Of a stretch of DNA of 28,453 nt, positions 1-10,951 are shown piece after piece. The stretch lies in contig NIVC01005019.1 in the NCBI GenBank assembly GCA_002269645.1, positions 1-28,453 of the forward strand, given 5' to 3'. The position numbers were made by a program, and so were the translations under genes. Origin of the DNA: Macrostomum lignano (Eukaryota). The notes below the pieces were generated by a model. It saw only the letters and a list, made by a program, of their open reading frames with translations, ran no database searches and had not been told where the DNA came from. Position 1 is the stretch's first letter; each line of letters opens with the position of its first letter.

Positions 1-111
1 CGCAGGAATGAATTGGATCTGGAGCGCAGGAATGAATTGGATCTGGAGCGCAGGAATGAATTGGATCTGGAGCGCAGGAATGAATTGGATCTGGAGCGCA
101 GGAATAAATTG
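1..111 (+). repeat. 24-bp tandem repeat CGCAGGAATGAATTGGATCTGGAG, 4 full copies plus a partial copy (truncated by the window edge)
   Basis: Read directly; the copies are identical. Confidence 0.95.
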
Positions 112-189
112 CGCGACTTCTTCGACCGCATCGTGAACGCGCCCGCGTCGCCGCTGCCTGCTCTCACTGGGCACGCCGCTCTCAGCTGA
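1..189 (+). CDS. Probable 3' end of a coding region running in from the window edge: (RRNELDLE)x4-RRNKLRDFFDRIVNAPASPLPALTGHAALS*
   Basis: Frame +1 is open from base 1 to TGA at 187-189. The 24-bp repeat is a multiple of 3 and encodes a charged, coiled-coil-like peptide. No start is visible and no family is recognised. Confidence 0.4.
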   Translation, partial: RRNELDLERRNELDLERRNELDLERRNELDLERRNKLRDFFDRIVNAPASPLPALTGHAALS

Positions 190-266
190 GGAGGACTTCT
201 ACACCAGCCCAGTCACCACAGAGGCCGTTGTGCTGTTCGCCTGGAAAATGCGGAAAAGGCGGCAAG

Positions 267-2645
267 GCATTTCAGATTCCCATGAGCCATAGCCTTTCAG
301 ATTCCCATGAGCCATAGCCTTTCAGATTCCCCTAATGATCCATAGCCTTTCAGATTCCCTAATGATCCATAGCTTTCAGATTCCCCTAATGAGCCATAGC
401 CTTTCAGATTCCCCTAATGAGCCATAGCTTTCAGATTCCCCTAATGATCCATAGCATTTCAGATTCCCATGAGCCATAGCATTTCAGATTCCCATGAGCC
501 ATAGCATTTCAGATTCCCTAATGAGCCATAGCATTTCAGATTCCCATGAGCCATAGCTTTCAGATTCCCATGAGCCATAGCATTTCAGATTCCCTAATGA
601 GCCATAGCTTTCAGATTCCCTAATGAGCCATAGCCTTTCAGATTCCCCTAATGATCCATAGCATTTCAGATTCCCATGAGCCATAGCATTTCAGATTCCC
701 TAATGAGCCATAGCCTTTCAGATTCCCCTAATGATCCATAGCATTTCAGATTCCCATGAGCCATAGCATTTCAGATTCCCATGAGCCATAGCATTTCAGA
801 TTCCCATGAGCCATAGCATTTCAGATTCCCATGAGCCATAGCATTTCAGATTCCCATGAGCCATAGCATTTCAGATTCCCATGAGCCATAGCATTTCAGA
901 TTCCCATGAGCCATAGCATTTCAGATTCCCCTAATGAGCCATAGCCTTTCAGATTCCCCTAATGAGCCATAGCCTTTCAGATTCCCCTAATGATCCATAG
1001 CATTTCAGATTCTCATGAGCCATAGCATTTCAGATTCCCCTAATGAGCCATAGCCTTTCAGATTCAACTAATGATCCATAGCATTTCAGATTCCCATGAG
1101 CCATAGCATTTCAGATTCCCATGAGCCATAGCATTTCAGATTCCCCCATGAGCCATAGCATTTCAGATTCCCCTAATGAGCCATAGCCTTTCAGATTCCC
1201 CTAATGATCCATAGCCTTTCAGATTCCCCTAATGATCCATAGCCTTTCAGATTCCCCTAATGTGCCATAGCCTTTCAGATTCCCCTAATGAGCCATAGCC
1301 TTTCAGATTCCCCTAATGATCCATAGCATTTCAGATTCCCATGAGCCATAGCATTTCAGATTCCCATGAGCCATAGCATTTCAGATTCCCCCATGAGCCA
1401 TAGCATTTCAGATTCCCCTAATGAGCCATAGCCTTTCAGATTCCCCTAATGATCCATAGCCTTTCAGATTCCCCTAATGATCCATAGCCTTTCAGATTCT
1501 CCTAATGAGCCATAGCCTTTCAGATTCCCATGAGCCATAGCATTTCAGATTCCCATGAGCCATAGCCTTTCAGATTCCCATGAGCCATAGCATTTGATCA
1601 GATTCCCATGATCCATAGCCTTTCAGATTCCCCTAATGAGCCATAGCCTTTCAGATTCCCCTAATGATCCATAGCATTTCAGATTCCCATGAGCCATAGC
1701 ATTTCAGATTCCCCTAATGAGCCATAGCCTTTCAGATTCCCCTAATGATCCATAGCATTTCAGATTCCCATGAGCCATAGCATTTCAGATTCCCATGAGC
1801 CATAGCATTTCAGATTCCCATGAGCCATAGCATTTCAGATTCCCATGAGCCATAGCATTTCAGATTCCCATGAGCCATAGCATTTCAGATTCCCCTAATG
1901 AGCCATAGCCTTTCAGATTCCCTAATGAGCCATAGCCTTTCAGATTCCCCTAATGAGCCATAGCCTTTCAGATTCCCCTAATGATCCATAGCATTTCAGA
2001 TTCTCATGAGCCATAGCATTTCAGATTCCCCTAATGAGCCATAGCCTTTCAGATTCAACTAATGATCCATAGCATTTCAGATTCCCATGAGCCATAGCAT
2101 TTCAGATTCCCATGAGCCATAGCATTTCAGATTCCCCATGAGCCATAGCATTTCAGATTCCCCTAATGAGCCATAGCCTTTCAGATTCCCCTAATGATCC
2201 ATAGCCTTTCAGATTCCCCTAATGATCCATAGCCTTTCAGATTCCCCTAATGTGCCATAGCCTTTCAGATTCCCCTAATGAGCCATAGCCTTTCAGATTC
2301 CCCTAATGATCCATAGCATTTCAGATTCCCATGAGCCATAGCATTTCAGATTCCCATGAGCCATAGCATTTCAGATTCCCCATGAGCCATAGCATTTCAG
2401 ATTCCCTAATGAGCCATAGCCTTTCAGATTCCCTAATGATCCATAGCCTTTCAGATTCCCCTAATGATCCATAGCCTTTCAGATTCCCTAATGAGCCATA
2501 GCCTTTCAGATTCCCATGAGCCATAGCATTTCAGATTCCCATGAGCCATAGCCTTTCAGATTCCCATGAGCCATAGCATTTGATCAGATTCCCATGATCC
2601 ATAGCCTTTCAGATTCCCCCATGAGCCATAGCATTTTAGATTCCT
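267..2645. repeat. Satellite/minisatellite array of 25-bp (GCATTTCAGATTCCCATGAGCCATA) and 27-28-bp (GCCTTTCAGATTCCCCTAATGAGCCATA) variants, with a ~990-bp higher-order duplication
   Basis: Read directly. Rare variants recur ~990 bp apart (1011/2002, 1061/2052, 1261/2251, 1591/2577). Confidence 0.97.
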
Positions 2646-3209
2646 CCTCAAATGAGCCAGACAGGCAATTACTTGATAAAGTCAAACCAAGTTTAACAAT
2701 TCTGATCTTTACTGCATGGAAGTCAATGTTCAAGCATGATTTATTCGTATTGAAATGGACCCACTCTGTAAGGCAGCTGTCTAGAAAGAGTGAAGCAAGC
2801 GATCTATTAAATGCTCTACTTGATCTATAGGCGCAGATTAGCTTCGGGTTTGATCAGAGATCCCGGGAATTTCAGTCCCAGCGCAAAAAATACCCGCTTT
2901 TTGTATCTTTCTGTCACAAAGATGCTGAGAAAAAAAGGCTAACAAACAAGCTAGTTGCTTGTCTTTAATTCAAGTGCAATTAGTTTTATATATGACTTTT
3001 CCAGGCAATTCAAATTATCTGTCCGAGTCAATGAGTTCATTGTAATCAAACAGCTGTCAGTTTTCCTTTCCTAGTGACTTTGATGGACTCTTCGACGATC
3101 TGAAATTGTGGATTAAGATTGACAAATTTTCATGCTAAAGATAGAACAGCGGATGTCTGAAAAAACTATATGATGATCAAAAGATAGATAACGTGCACAC
3201 TGGCATTCA

Positions 3210-3979
3210 GATGAAAGATGGGCTGACATGCAAGCAAGTAGATGGAAGACAGACTGACATGCAAGCAAGTAGATGGAAGACAGACTGACATGCAAGCAAG
3301 TATAATAGATGGAAGACAGACTGACATGCAAGCAAGTAGGTGGAAGACAGACTGACATGCAAGCAAGTAGGTGGAAGACAGACTGACATGCAAGCAAGTA
3401 TAATAGATGGAAGACAGACTGACATGCAAGCAAGTAGATGGAAGACAGACTGAAATGCAAGCAAGTAGATGGAAGACAGACTGACATGCAAGCAAGTAGA
3501 TGGAAGACAGACTGACATGCAAGCAAGTAGATGGAAGACAGACTGAAATGCAAGCAAGTAGATGGAAGACAGACTGACATGCAAGCAAGTAGATGGAAGA
3601 CAGACTGACATGCAAGTAGATGGAAGACAGACTGAAATGCAAGCAAGTAGATGGAAGACAGACTGACATGCAAGCAAGTAGATGGAAGACAGACTGACAT
3701 GCAAGCAAGTAGATGGAAGACAGACTGACATGCAAGCAAGTAGATGGAAGACAGACTGACATGCAAGCAAGTAGATGGAAGACAGACTGACATGCAAGCA
3801 AGTATAATAGATGGAGGACAGACTGACATGTAAGCAAGTAGATGGAAGACAGACTGACATGCAAGCAAGTAGATGGAAGACAGACTGACATGCAAGCAAG
3901 TAGATGGAAGACAGACTGACATGCAAGCAAGTAGATGGAAGACAGAATGACATGCAAGCAAGTAGATGTAGACATGCAG
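3210..3979. repeat. 31-bp minisatellite GATGGAAGACAGACTGACATGCAAGCAAGTA, about 24 copies, some with a TAATA insertion
   Basis: Read directly. It explains the three overlapping minus-strand ORFs at 3113-4030. Confidence 0.97.
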
Positions 3980-4033
3980 GCAGTGAGGTGGACTGTTGCC
4001 ACAAAACAGCGCAGCATCAGCTTGGCTCACAGC

Positions 4034-4314
4034 TCAGAGGCCTGTCGCGTAGACTTCGTTTCTCCAGTGATTCCCGCAAGTCTGCTTTTTGTCCCCAGCA
4101 CACGCTAGTGAGCACTCGGAGTCTGCAACTTGGCCATGCCGGCCAAAGGTGTTGCCACAATGGCACCAATCAGTAGCTTGCACTCCTGCAAACCGATACC
4201 CGCGTTCTTTGCAGAGCGACACGCAGTATTCTGGTTTCACATAATTCGATTTCTTGAAAAATTCGTCTAGATCTCTTTCAGCACTGTCCACAAAGCAGCC
4301 AAGTCGCATGAGGC
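4034..4314 (-). CDS. Exon 2 (terminal) of a small secreted WSC-domain protein
   Basis: Translation LGCFVD..RDL..YCVSLC..GYRFAGVQ..WCHCGN..ECSLACAGD..TCG..WRNEVY has the 8-Cys WSC pattern. A phase-1 acceptor ttttcacag|GC precedes base 4314; TGA at 4034-4036. Confidence 0.85.
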
Positions 4315-4355
4315 CTGTGAAAATTGAACAGAGTCGTTTGAGAAATTATGGCACT

Positions 4356-4522
4356 TGTTGTGTATGAACTTAAGTTCTATGGTTTATGGGTGAAGCCTTA
4401 TTCATATTTTAAGTATAGCAGCCAGCTACTTCGCTGCTGAAAATATACGCGCTGCATGCATCTACGATCTCTTCCTAACTCGGCACCTTGCATTCGTCTT
4501 CGTTACTACGAAAAGTAAAACA
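4356..4522 (+). repeat. 5' LTR (167 bp)
   Basis: TGTTGTGTATG...AAAGTAAAACA; 166/167 identical to 8455-8621. Confidence 0.97.
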
Positions 4523-4534
4523 TGGCGACGAGGA
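4523..4534 (+). promoter_or_regulatory. Primer-binding site TGGCGACGAGGA (tRNA-Ser(GCU)-type)
   Basis: Immediately follows the 5' LTR. It is complementary to the ...UCCUCGUCGCCA 3' end of metazoan tRNA-Ser(GCU) as recalled, not checked against a database. Confidence 0.75.
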
Positions 4535-4584
4535 AAATTTAATTCGCCGCGGGACGATACTGCAGTCACCAAATCTTCATCCCG

Positions 4585-5422
4585 ATGTCTTCCGGACTCG
4601 ACTTCCGACTGGGGGAGATGCCGCCGTGCTACCCCGATGTCGAACAGTATTTCAAGCGCCTCGGTTTTTACATTAGCGCAACGGAAAAGAATGACCAGAG
4701 CAAAGCCGTTCTACTTGCTACTTGTGGAGATGCCGCATTTTCACTGATTGAGACACTTGTGCAGCCAGAAGACATTTTAAACGATACAAAGTGTACGTTC
4801 GATTTCATCAAAGAAGCGGTACTGAGCCACTTGAAACCCAATTGCCTTCTTCACTACGACAGACATCTGCTACATACCATGGTCCAAATACAGGGTGAGT
4901 CGGTGACAAAGTTTTTGGAGAGACTGAAGACACAGGCCAACAAATGCGAATTCTGCAACCTGCGAGAAGAGTTAATTCTTTCTCAGTATATTTTCGGACT
5001 GGCTGATAATTCTCTGAAGCAAAAATTACTTGTGAAGGAAAAGCTGGATCTAGAGACTGCGGTTAAGGATAGTCTCTTATCGGAGTCCGTATCTCAAGCT
5101 ACTGATTCGAGCAAAACCGTCGCAGCAGTGCAGAAAACCACTCACAAGAAGACCGGCAGCAACCAAAAAGTATCCAACGGTATCCAGGCCAATGCCAACA
5201 ACGCCGAATCATTCTAAGTCTAGCTGCCATTCCTGTGGTAACCCGGGTCATCTTAGAAATACCTGCAAGTTCCGCAATGCGATATGTCACAAGTGCGGAA
5301 AAACCGGGCACATTGCCAGAGCATGCAGGTCCAACATCGGTGCCAGCAAGAAAGTCACGTACGCGGAAGTTGAAGCAACCGACGCTGATCCACTGCACCT
5401 GATTCAGCTGTGTACTCGGTGA
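4585..5422 (+). pseudogene. gag: gag with two CCHC zinc knuckles, split by a frameshift
   Basis: The 4585-5217 ORF is capsid-like. [14 protein letters not shown] and [14 protein letters not shown] lie in the +1 frame, which is open from ~5054 to 5422. Confidence 0.9.
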
Positions 5423-8382
5423 TCAAGGCTACTCCATGCGACGAACTCTGGAAAATAGTCTGCACGATCGGTGATTCCACAGTCCATATGTGCGTCGACT
5501 CTGGTAGTCAAGTAACAATTTTGCCAGTAACCATCGTAGAGCAAGCCGGATTGCACATGGTTGACGCGGACATTCGATCACTCAAAGTTTTCGGGGGAGC
5601 TTCAGTTTCCGTACGATGCATGGCTAAGGACGTCACGATTGAGCTGAGAAACGGCAAAACGGCATGCGGAGACATATATGTCGGGGACCCATCCAGTCAA
5701 GCCATTTTGGGAATAAATTTTATTCGTGCCTTCAACCTATTGACGGTAGACGAATTTCTGTGCCATCCAGTGCAGTGTGATGAAAATTCAAGATTCCAGG
5801 CCAGCTTTCGCCTGAAGGACGGGGCCTCTACCGATGGAATGTGCTTTCCTGCCAGATCCCTTCCGTTCTCAATTAAAACTTTGGTTGAACTGGAGCTGAA
5901 AAGACTGGAAAGTGCAGGTATCATCTACCCAGTTCACTCGCCTAAGGTATCGTGCCCTATTATTCCTGTGTTGAAACCAGAAGGATCAAAGAGACCCATT
6001 AGACTGTGTGGAGACTATTCAGTCACTCTCAACAGACTGATCGACTGAGATCGATATCGACTGCCAACTTTGAAAGAAATCCTTCAAAAGATCCCAAATT
6101 CGAAAGTGTATTCAGTGCTCGACCTCGAAGACGCATTCTTGCAGATTCCCCTAACGCCAGAAAGTCAGGGTCTTACGTGTATTTCCACCCACGTAGGACA
6201 TTTTGCCTTCCGCAAGTTACAATTTGGGATATCGGCAGCACCACTGATATTTCAGGAAGTTATGGATATCTTGCTCAAAGGAATACCAGGCACTGCTTCT
6301 TATCAGGACGACATCATTCTAGGCACTGAAACAGTGGAGCAGCATCGACAGATCCTGGTGCAAGTCAACGAAAAACTGAAAAAGCATGGATTCAAGATCA
6401 ATGAGCGTAAGACTCAGGAGTGCAAGAAAGAAGTCACATTTCTGGGATTTCTCCTCCGAGATGGGAAACTTTTGCCTGATCCGGCAAGAGTGGAAGCTCT
6501 ATCCAACTTGTCAGAGCCAAAAGACCGGGATCAATTGAGAAGTGCTATATGCACCTTAAGACACTACGGGATTTTTTGTCGGAACTTCTCTATGATCGCC
6601 AAGCCGCTCTATTACCTCCTAAAGAAAGGGGTTCAGTGGAAATGGACTGTCGTTCACTCAAGTGCGTTCTCCCAACTGAAAGCTGCTGTAACGGAAGGTC
6701 GAATCGTTTCTTATGATATAAAAAGGCCGTTGTTTCTAACCTGCGACGCTTCTCAGAGTGGAGTCGGATTTGTGCTGTCCCACGACACGAACCAAAAAGA
6801 AGTTGTATGGCTGGGGAGCAGAGTTTTGACCAAGGCTGAGGCCAACTACGCTAACATTGAGCGGGAGGCTCTTGCAATTATCGAGGGTGTAAAATATTTT
6901 CATCAATTTCTGGCAGGCCGTCATTTTACAATCATCTCTGATCACAGACCTTTGCAGTACATCTTCTCTACAACGAAAGTTCCTGACCGAGTTTCTGCGA
7001 GACTCCAGAGATGGGCATTGCTGCTCAGATCCTATGACTACACTGTCACTTACTCAAAAGGAGACACCATGCTCGCAGCAGATACTCTGTCCAGAATTCC
7101 TTCAACAAACGCTTCTACTTCGTTTTCAAATTTTGATGTCAATCTGCTGGAGGTAAACTCTCTCGTAGAATTTTCTTCTTCTGGGACAATTCTTCGGCGT
7201 GTCGCCAACACCAGAGACCCTGAAATTGATACTATCAAGAAGTTTGTTACTCAAGGTTGGCCAAGCTACATTTCTAAACAGCTGCTTCCGTACACCAAAT
7301 CCAAGGCGGAATACTCCATTCAAAACGGGATTCTGTTCAAAGGGGTCCGAATCGTGCCTCCAAAGTCCATGCGCAGAGAAATTCTTCAAATTCTTCACGA
7401 GAATCATCCGGGCATTGTGCGCATGATCATACTAGCTCGAGAGTACTTCTGGTGGCCTTACATTGACGCCCAGATCAATAGCTTCGTTCAAAGGTGTCCT
7501 TCCTGCCAACTAAATTCGAGAAAGCGAACAAATGCAAATCTGCATTCATGGGAGGATTCAAAGTTCTTCTTCGAACGTGTTCATCTGGACATAGCATACT
7601 TCAAGGAGAAACACTTCTTGGTTCTCATCGACTCCTTCTCTCGGTGGATTGATGTACATCAGCTGTCAAATCTGACAGCCAACTCTCTTATTCCAGCATG
7701 CAGACGAACATTTAAGTACATGGGACTTCTAACGTGCATTGTGACTGACAATGGAACCAATTTTCGATCAAAAGAGTTCGCAGAATTTCTCAAGAAGAAT
7801 CTAATTAACCATGTCCTAACACCACCTGGTCATCACCAGTCAAATGGGATTGTGGAGAGAGCTATCCAAGAGTTGAAAGTGACTCTGAAGCAGAACAGTA
7901 ATGACATAGGTTCCGAATGTGAGAAGGTGTTGATATCATTCTGCCTTTCGAAGAACACTACACCGAATTCCGAAGGAGCGATTCCTGCTGCACAACTGTT
8001 AATGCAACGCCCAAGAACGCGCCTCACTGCAACCTTTACAGAATGGGACAAACCGCTAACTACCCCAATTCCTGTCTACATCAACGTAGAAGGAAAGTCA
8101 GACAAGGTCCCAGAAGAAATCCAAGGACTTCATGGATCAAATACCTACTTGGAAAGCAAAGGACGGGTTGTCCATGCATCTGATGCAACGCCAAGGACTA
8201 CAGAGAACTCACAAGAGATTACCTCGCCTAGACCTGCCCATGTTGGCAGCAGCAAGGAGAAGGAAGTGGAGACTACGACTCCTGCTGAAGTGGAGACAAC
8301 CAGCGATCAAAGTCCCGAGTACCAAGTTTCTCGTCGAAGTCAGAGGCTCCGAAAAGCCCCTGATTGGCTGACCTATTTCTGA
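5389..8382 (+). pseudogene. pol: pol (protease, RT, RNase H, integrase) with an in-frame TGA at 6046-6048
   Basis: Protease VDSGSQV; RT DLEDAFLQ, FGISAAP, YQDD; RNase H CDASQSGVG, EREALA, SDHRPL; integrase HxxHPG..CPSC, HLD, TDNG, NGIVER. The frame reads LID*DRYRLPT across the stop. Confidence 0.93.
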
Positions 8383-8442
8383 TTTATTTGATCGTTAGAC
8401 AAAATAGAAAACAGTCATTTATTTCTCTCCAGGTTAATTGCT

Positions 8443-8454
8443 AAAATGTGGGGG
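8443..8454 (+). promoter_or_regulatory. Polypurine tract AAAATGTGGGGG
   Basis: Purine-rich run abutting the 3' LTR. Confidence 0.7.
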
Positions 8455-8621
8455 TGTTGTGTATGAACTTAAGTTCTATGGTTTATGGGTGAAGCCTTAT
8501 TCATATTTTAAGTATAGCAGCCAGCTACTTCGCTGCTGAAAATATACGCGCTGCATGCATCTACGATCTCTTCCTAACTCGGCACCTTGCATTCGTCTTC
8601 GTTACTACGAAAAGTACAACA
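8455..8621 (+). repeat. 3' LTR (167 bp)
   Basis: TGTTGTGTATG...AAAGTACAACA, preceded by a purine-rich tract. Confidence 0.97.
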
Positions 8622-8656
8622 GCACAATGAAAAATGACAATAAAGAACACTATTAC

Positions 8657-8747
8657 CGGTCTTCCGTTTCGTTGTCGCCGCGCCGCAGAAGCCAGCCAGA
8701 GCGACGCTCAGAACAACTACAAGTAGAGCCAGTCGAGTCAGAGGCAT
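8657..8747 (-). CDS. Exon 1 (signal peptide) of the WSC-domain gene: MPLTRLALLVVVLSVALAGFCGAATTKRKT-G
   Basis: ATG at 8747 is followed by a hydrophobic signal-peptide-like stretch and a phase-1 donor ACC G|gtaata. It joins exon 2 in frame to give a 123-aa protein. Confidence 0.75.
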
Positions 8748-8860
8748 GTCGCAGGTTGTGCCTTTTTGGTAGAAAAGTTCTGCTTTAATTTTCGATAGAT
8801 CGCGCAGCTTTGAGTCTCTTCTACTAGTCGAACTCTGACGATCTCGAAAATTTAGTTTTA

Positions 8861-9814
8861 CGAGGGGCATTCAAAAAGTTTTGGCAACTGCATATGCAGA
8901 TATACTTTGGTTCAAGCAAAATGCACTAAATTTTAGGAATGTCTTTAGTAACATGCCTGATACCAACGTATAAACTTTCAGCTCAATAGCTTCACCCGTT
9001 ATTGCACAATTCACAGCTAACCATAACTAAGTTTCAGCTTCTGACATAATATGGAAAATATCAGCTCAGAAAATGCGCGCTTCTACATCTTCATACGCGT
9101 ACAACTTGGAGAAAATGCCACCAAAATTCATGCCGACTTAGCACAGGTGATAGGGGATCAAGCTCCATCTTATAGAACTGTTGCGCGATGGATTGAGGCT
9201 TTTGGCGCCGGCAGGAGCAGCCTCAGTGACAACCCTCGATCTGGGAGGCCGAGCACAGCCGTGACCAAGAGCAACATTGACACTGTGCAATCGCTGGTGG
9301 CTGAGGACCCAAACATTTCTGTTGCCATACTGAGCCAGACACTTGGCATATCTGATAGCAGCGTTTTCACCATCCTGCATGATCAGCTGGGTCTCAGAAA
9401 AATCACAGCTCGTTGGGTGCCACATCAGCTCACTGAGGAGCAGCGCCAGGAGCGGGTTCGCTGCAGTCAGGAGTTCTTGCGCTGCTTTGGTTCTGGCGGC
9501 ACCAAGCGCCTCTCTGACATCGTCACATCGGACTTAGCTCCGTGCGACTTCTGGGCCTTCCCGAAATTGACGGAGAGGCTGGCTGGGCGCCGATTTCAGA
9601 GGCCGCAAGACCTGGCCCGCGCTATCAATTCAGAGTTGAGGGCATTCACTGAATCGGAGTACCGTGGCGCCTTTGATTCGTGGATACGGAGGCATCAGAA
9701 GTGCATAGAGCGCGGCGGAGACTACATAGAAGGACTGTAAACCCTTACTTTTAGAATAATAAGCTTCCACTAGATTTTAGTCGCCTGTTGCCAAAACTTT
9801 TTGAATGCCCCTCG
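8861..9814 (+). mobile_element. Internally deleted mariner (Tc1/mariner) element, 954 bp
   Basis: Perfect 28-bp TIRs (CGAGGGGCATTCAAAAAGTTTTGGCAAC) with TA duplications at 8859-8860 and 9815-9816. Confidence 0.96.
9051..9740 (+). CDS. Truncated mariner transposase, 229 aa: DNA-binding domain intact, catalytic core deleted in frame
   Basis: HTH region, PRSGRP and WVPHQL motifs are present. IVT joins directly to SDLAPCDF at ~9527/9528, removing the GDE...DNA segment. Confidence 0.9.
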   Translation: MENISSENARFYIFIRVQLGENATKIHADLAQVIGDQAPSYRTVARWIEAFGAGRSSLSDNPRSGRPSTAVTKSNIDTVQSLVAEDPNISVAILSQTLGISDSSVFTILHDQLGLRKITARWVPHQLTEEQRQERVRCSQEFLRCFGSGGTKRLSDIVTSDLAPCDFWAFPKLTERLAGRRFQRPQDLARAINSELRAFTESEYRGAFDSWIRRHQKCIERGGDYIEGL

Positions 9815-10399
9815 TATATAGTGCTTTCCTGCTTCGCTACTTACTCTCTAGCTAAAACTTTTCTTTTTTCTTTAGGAATTTCATGGTGTCAGCAGAAATT
9901 TCTTGTAGCTCTGACTCAATGAAAGAATTTATTGAAAAAAAAAATTTGCAGGAAAAGTTTTAATTAGAATATGGTCCTTGATAGAAAAATTATTTAAAAC
10001 TTTTTATGCAGTAATGCTTTGAATTTAATTAAATTACGGGCTCGTACGTAGTGGTTACACTCTACGCAGCCTTCTTGGGTTAATAAATGAATCAAATCAA
10101 CTGTTTCTCTCGGAGTAATTCTTCCTGCTTGCATGATTCAGCATTTGATATGCGAGGACGGTCCAAGTCTTGGTTGCAAAAGTGCACCAGGTATTCAATA
10201 GTACCAGGCACCGATGCAAAATTCATCGATCGCGTTGGTCGCCAGCGGTTTGCGCAGCTAAATAAGACTGCTTGTGTGTCACCTCAAGTTTCCATCCTAA
10301 TTCTCGGAATGCTACTCAGCAAGCAAAAGCTGAGGACACGACCCCGATAATGTACAAGTAAGCTATATAAACCCTTGTAAAATCAAAATGCCTCACTTG

Positions 10400-10515
10400 C
10401 ATTTGCTTGCCTCCCTCTTTGCCTCTCTCGCGGTTTGGCCTTGTGTGACGACTTCCCTCCCATTTGCTTGCCTCCCTCTTTGCCTCTCTCGCGGTTTGGC
10501 CTTGTGTGACGACTT
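10400..10515. repeat. Two identical 55-bp direct repeats (10400-10454, 10461-10515)
   Basis: CATTTGCTTGCCTCCCTCTTTGCCTCTCTCGCGGTTTGGCCTTGTGTGACGACTT x2, just downstream of a TATATAAA motif. Confidence 0.9.
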
Positions 10516-10951
10516 GCATCGGTAGCTCTGTTGGGCAGTAGTGTAGTGTGTACCTCTGCTTTACGTAACCTATTGCACGTTCTGTCTCTATCGTTGACAA
10601 AGTCAATAGCCGTGCGCACTCCATCTCTCTCAGTAGCATGTAGTTACTGCGATAGTGCGAGCTAAAGTATGTACGCTCGTACAAGCAACTGAGCATCGGT
10701 TTACGCTCCTATAATTGCTTTAGCCCGCCAAATATTTAGTTGACTCTGCTAAACATTGTCTCACTAGTTCGCCTTGTTCGGCAACCCAACGAGAAAACCG
10801 TGCGAGCATCGCTCCACGTGTTAGATCGAACGAAGCATTAGAGTAATCCTGAAATAACTACATGTAGAGGCTTCTTGCGTGTGTTTAGTGGAACTTTTAT
10901 TTTCTGCTTTCTCTATATTGGATGCTTCTTGTACCTTAAGTTAAAAGGTCG

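Larger units (their letters stand above)
4356..8621 (+). mobile_element. Full-length Ty3/gypsy LTR retrotransposon (Mag-like), 4266 bp, antisense within the WSC gene intron
   Basis: 167-bp LTRs (TG...CA) with 1 mismatch, PBS, PPT, imperfect 5-bp TSD (GCACT/GCACA), and gag-PR-RT-RNaseH-IN order. Confidence 0.97.

Noticed and set aside
484-684. Short minus-strand ORFs in the satellite (also 2321-2524)
   Set aside because: Translations of the tandem repeat with no independent coding evidence.
3113-4030. Three long overlapping minus-strand ORFs (265-305 aa), Cys/Leu-rich
   Set aside because: All three frames give the same permuted 31-aa repeat, an artefact of a stop-free 31-bp minisatellite.
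8574-8870. 98-aa minus-strand ORF as a stand-alone gene
   Set aside because: Only 8657-8747 is supported as an exon; the rest runs into intron, LTR and mariner flank.
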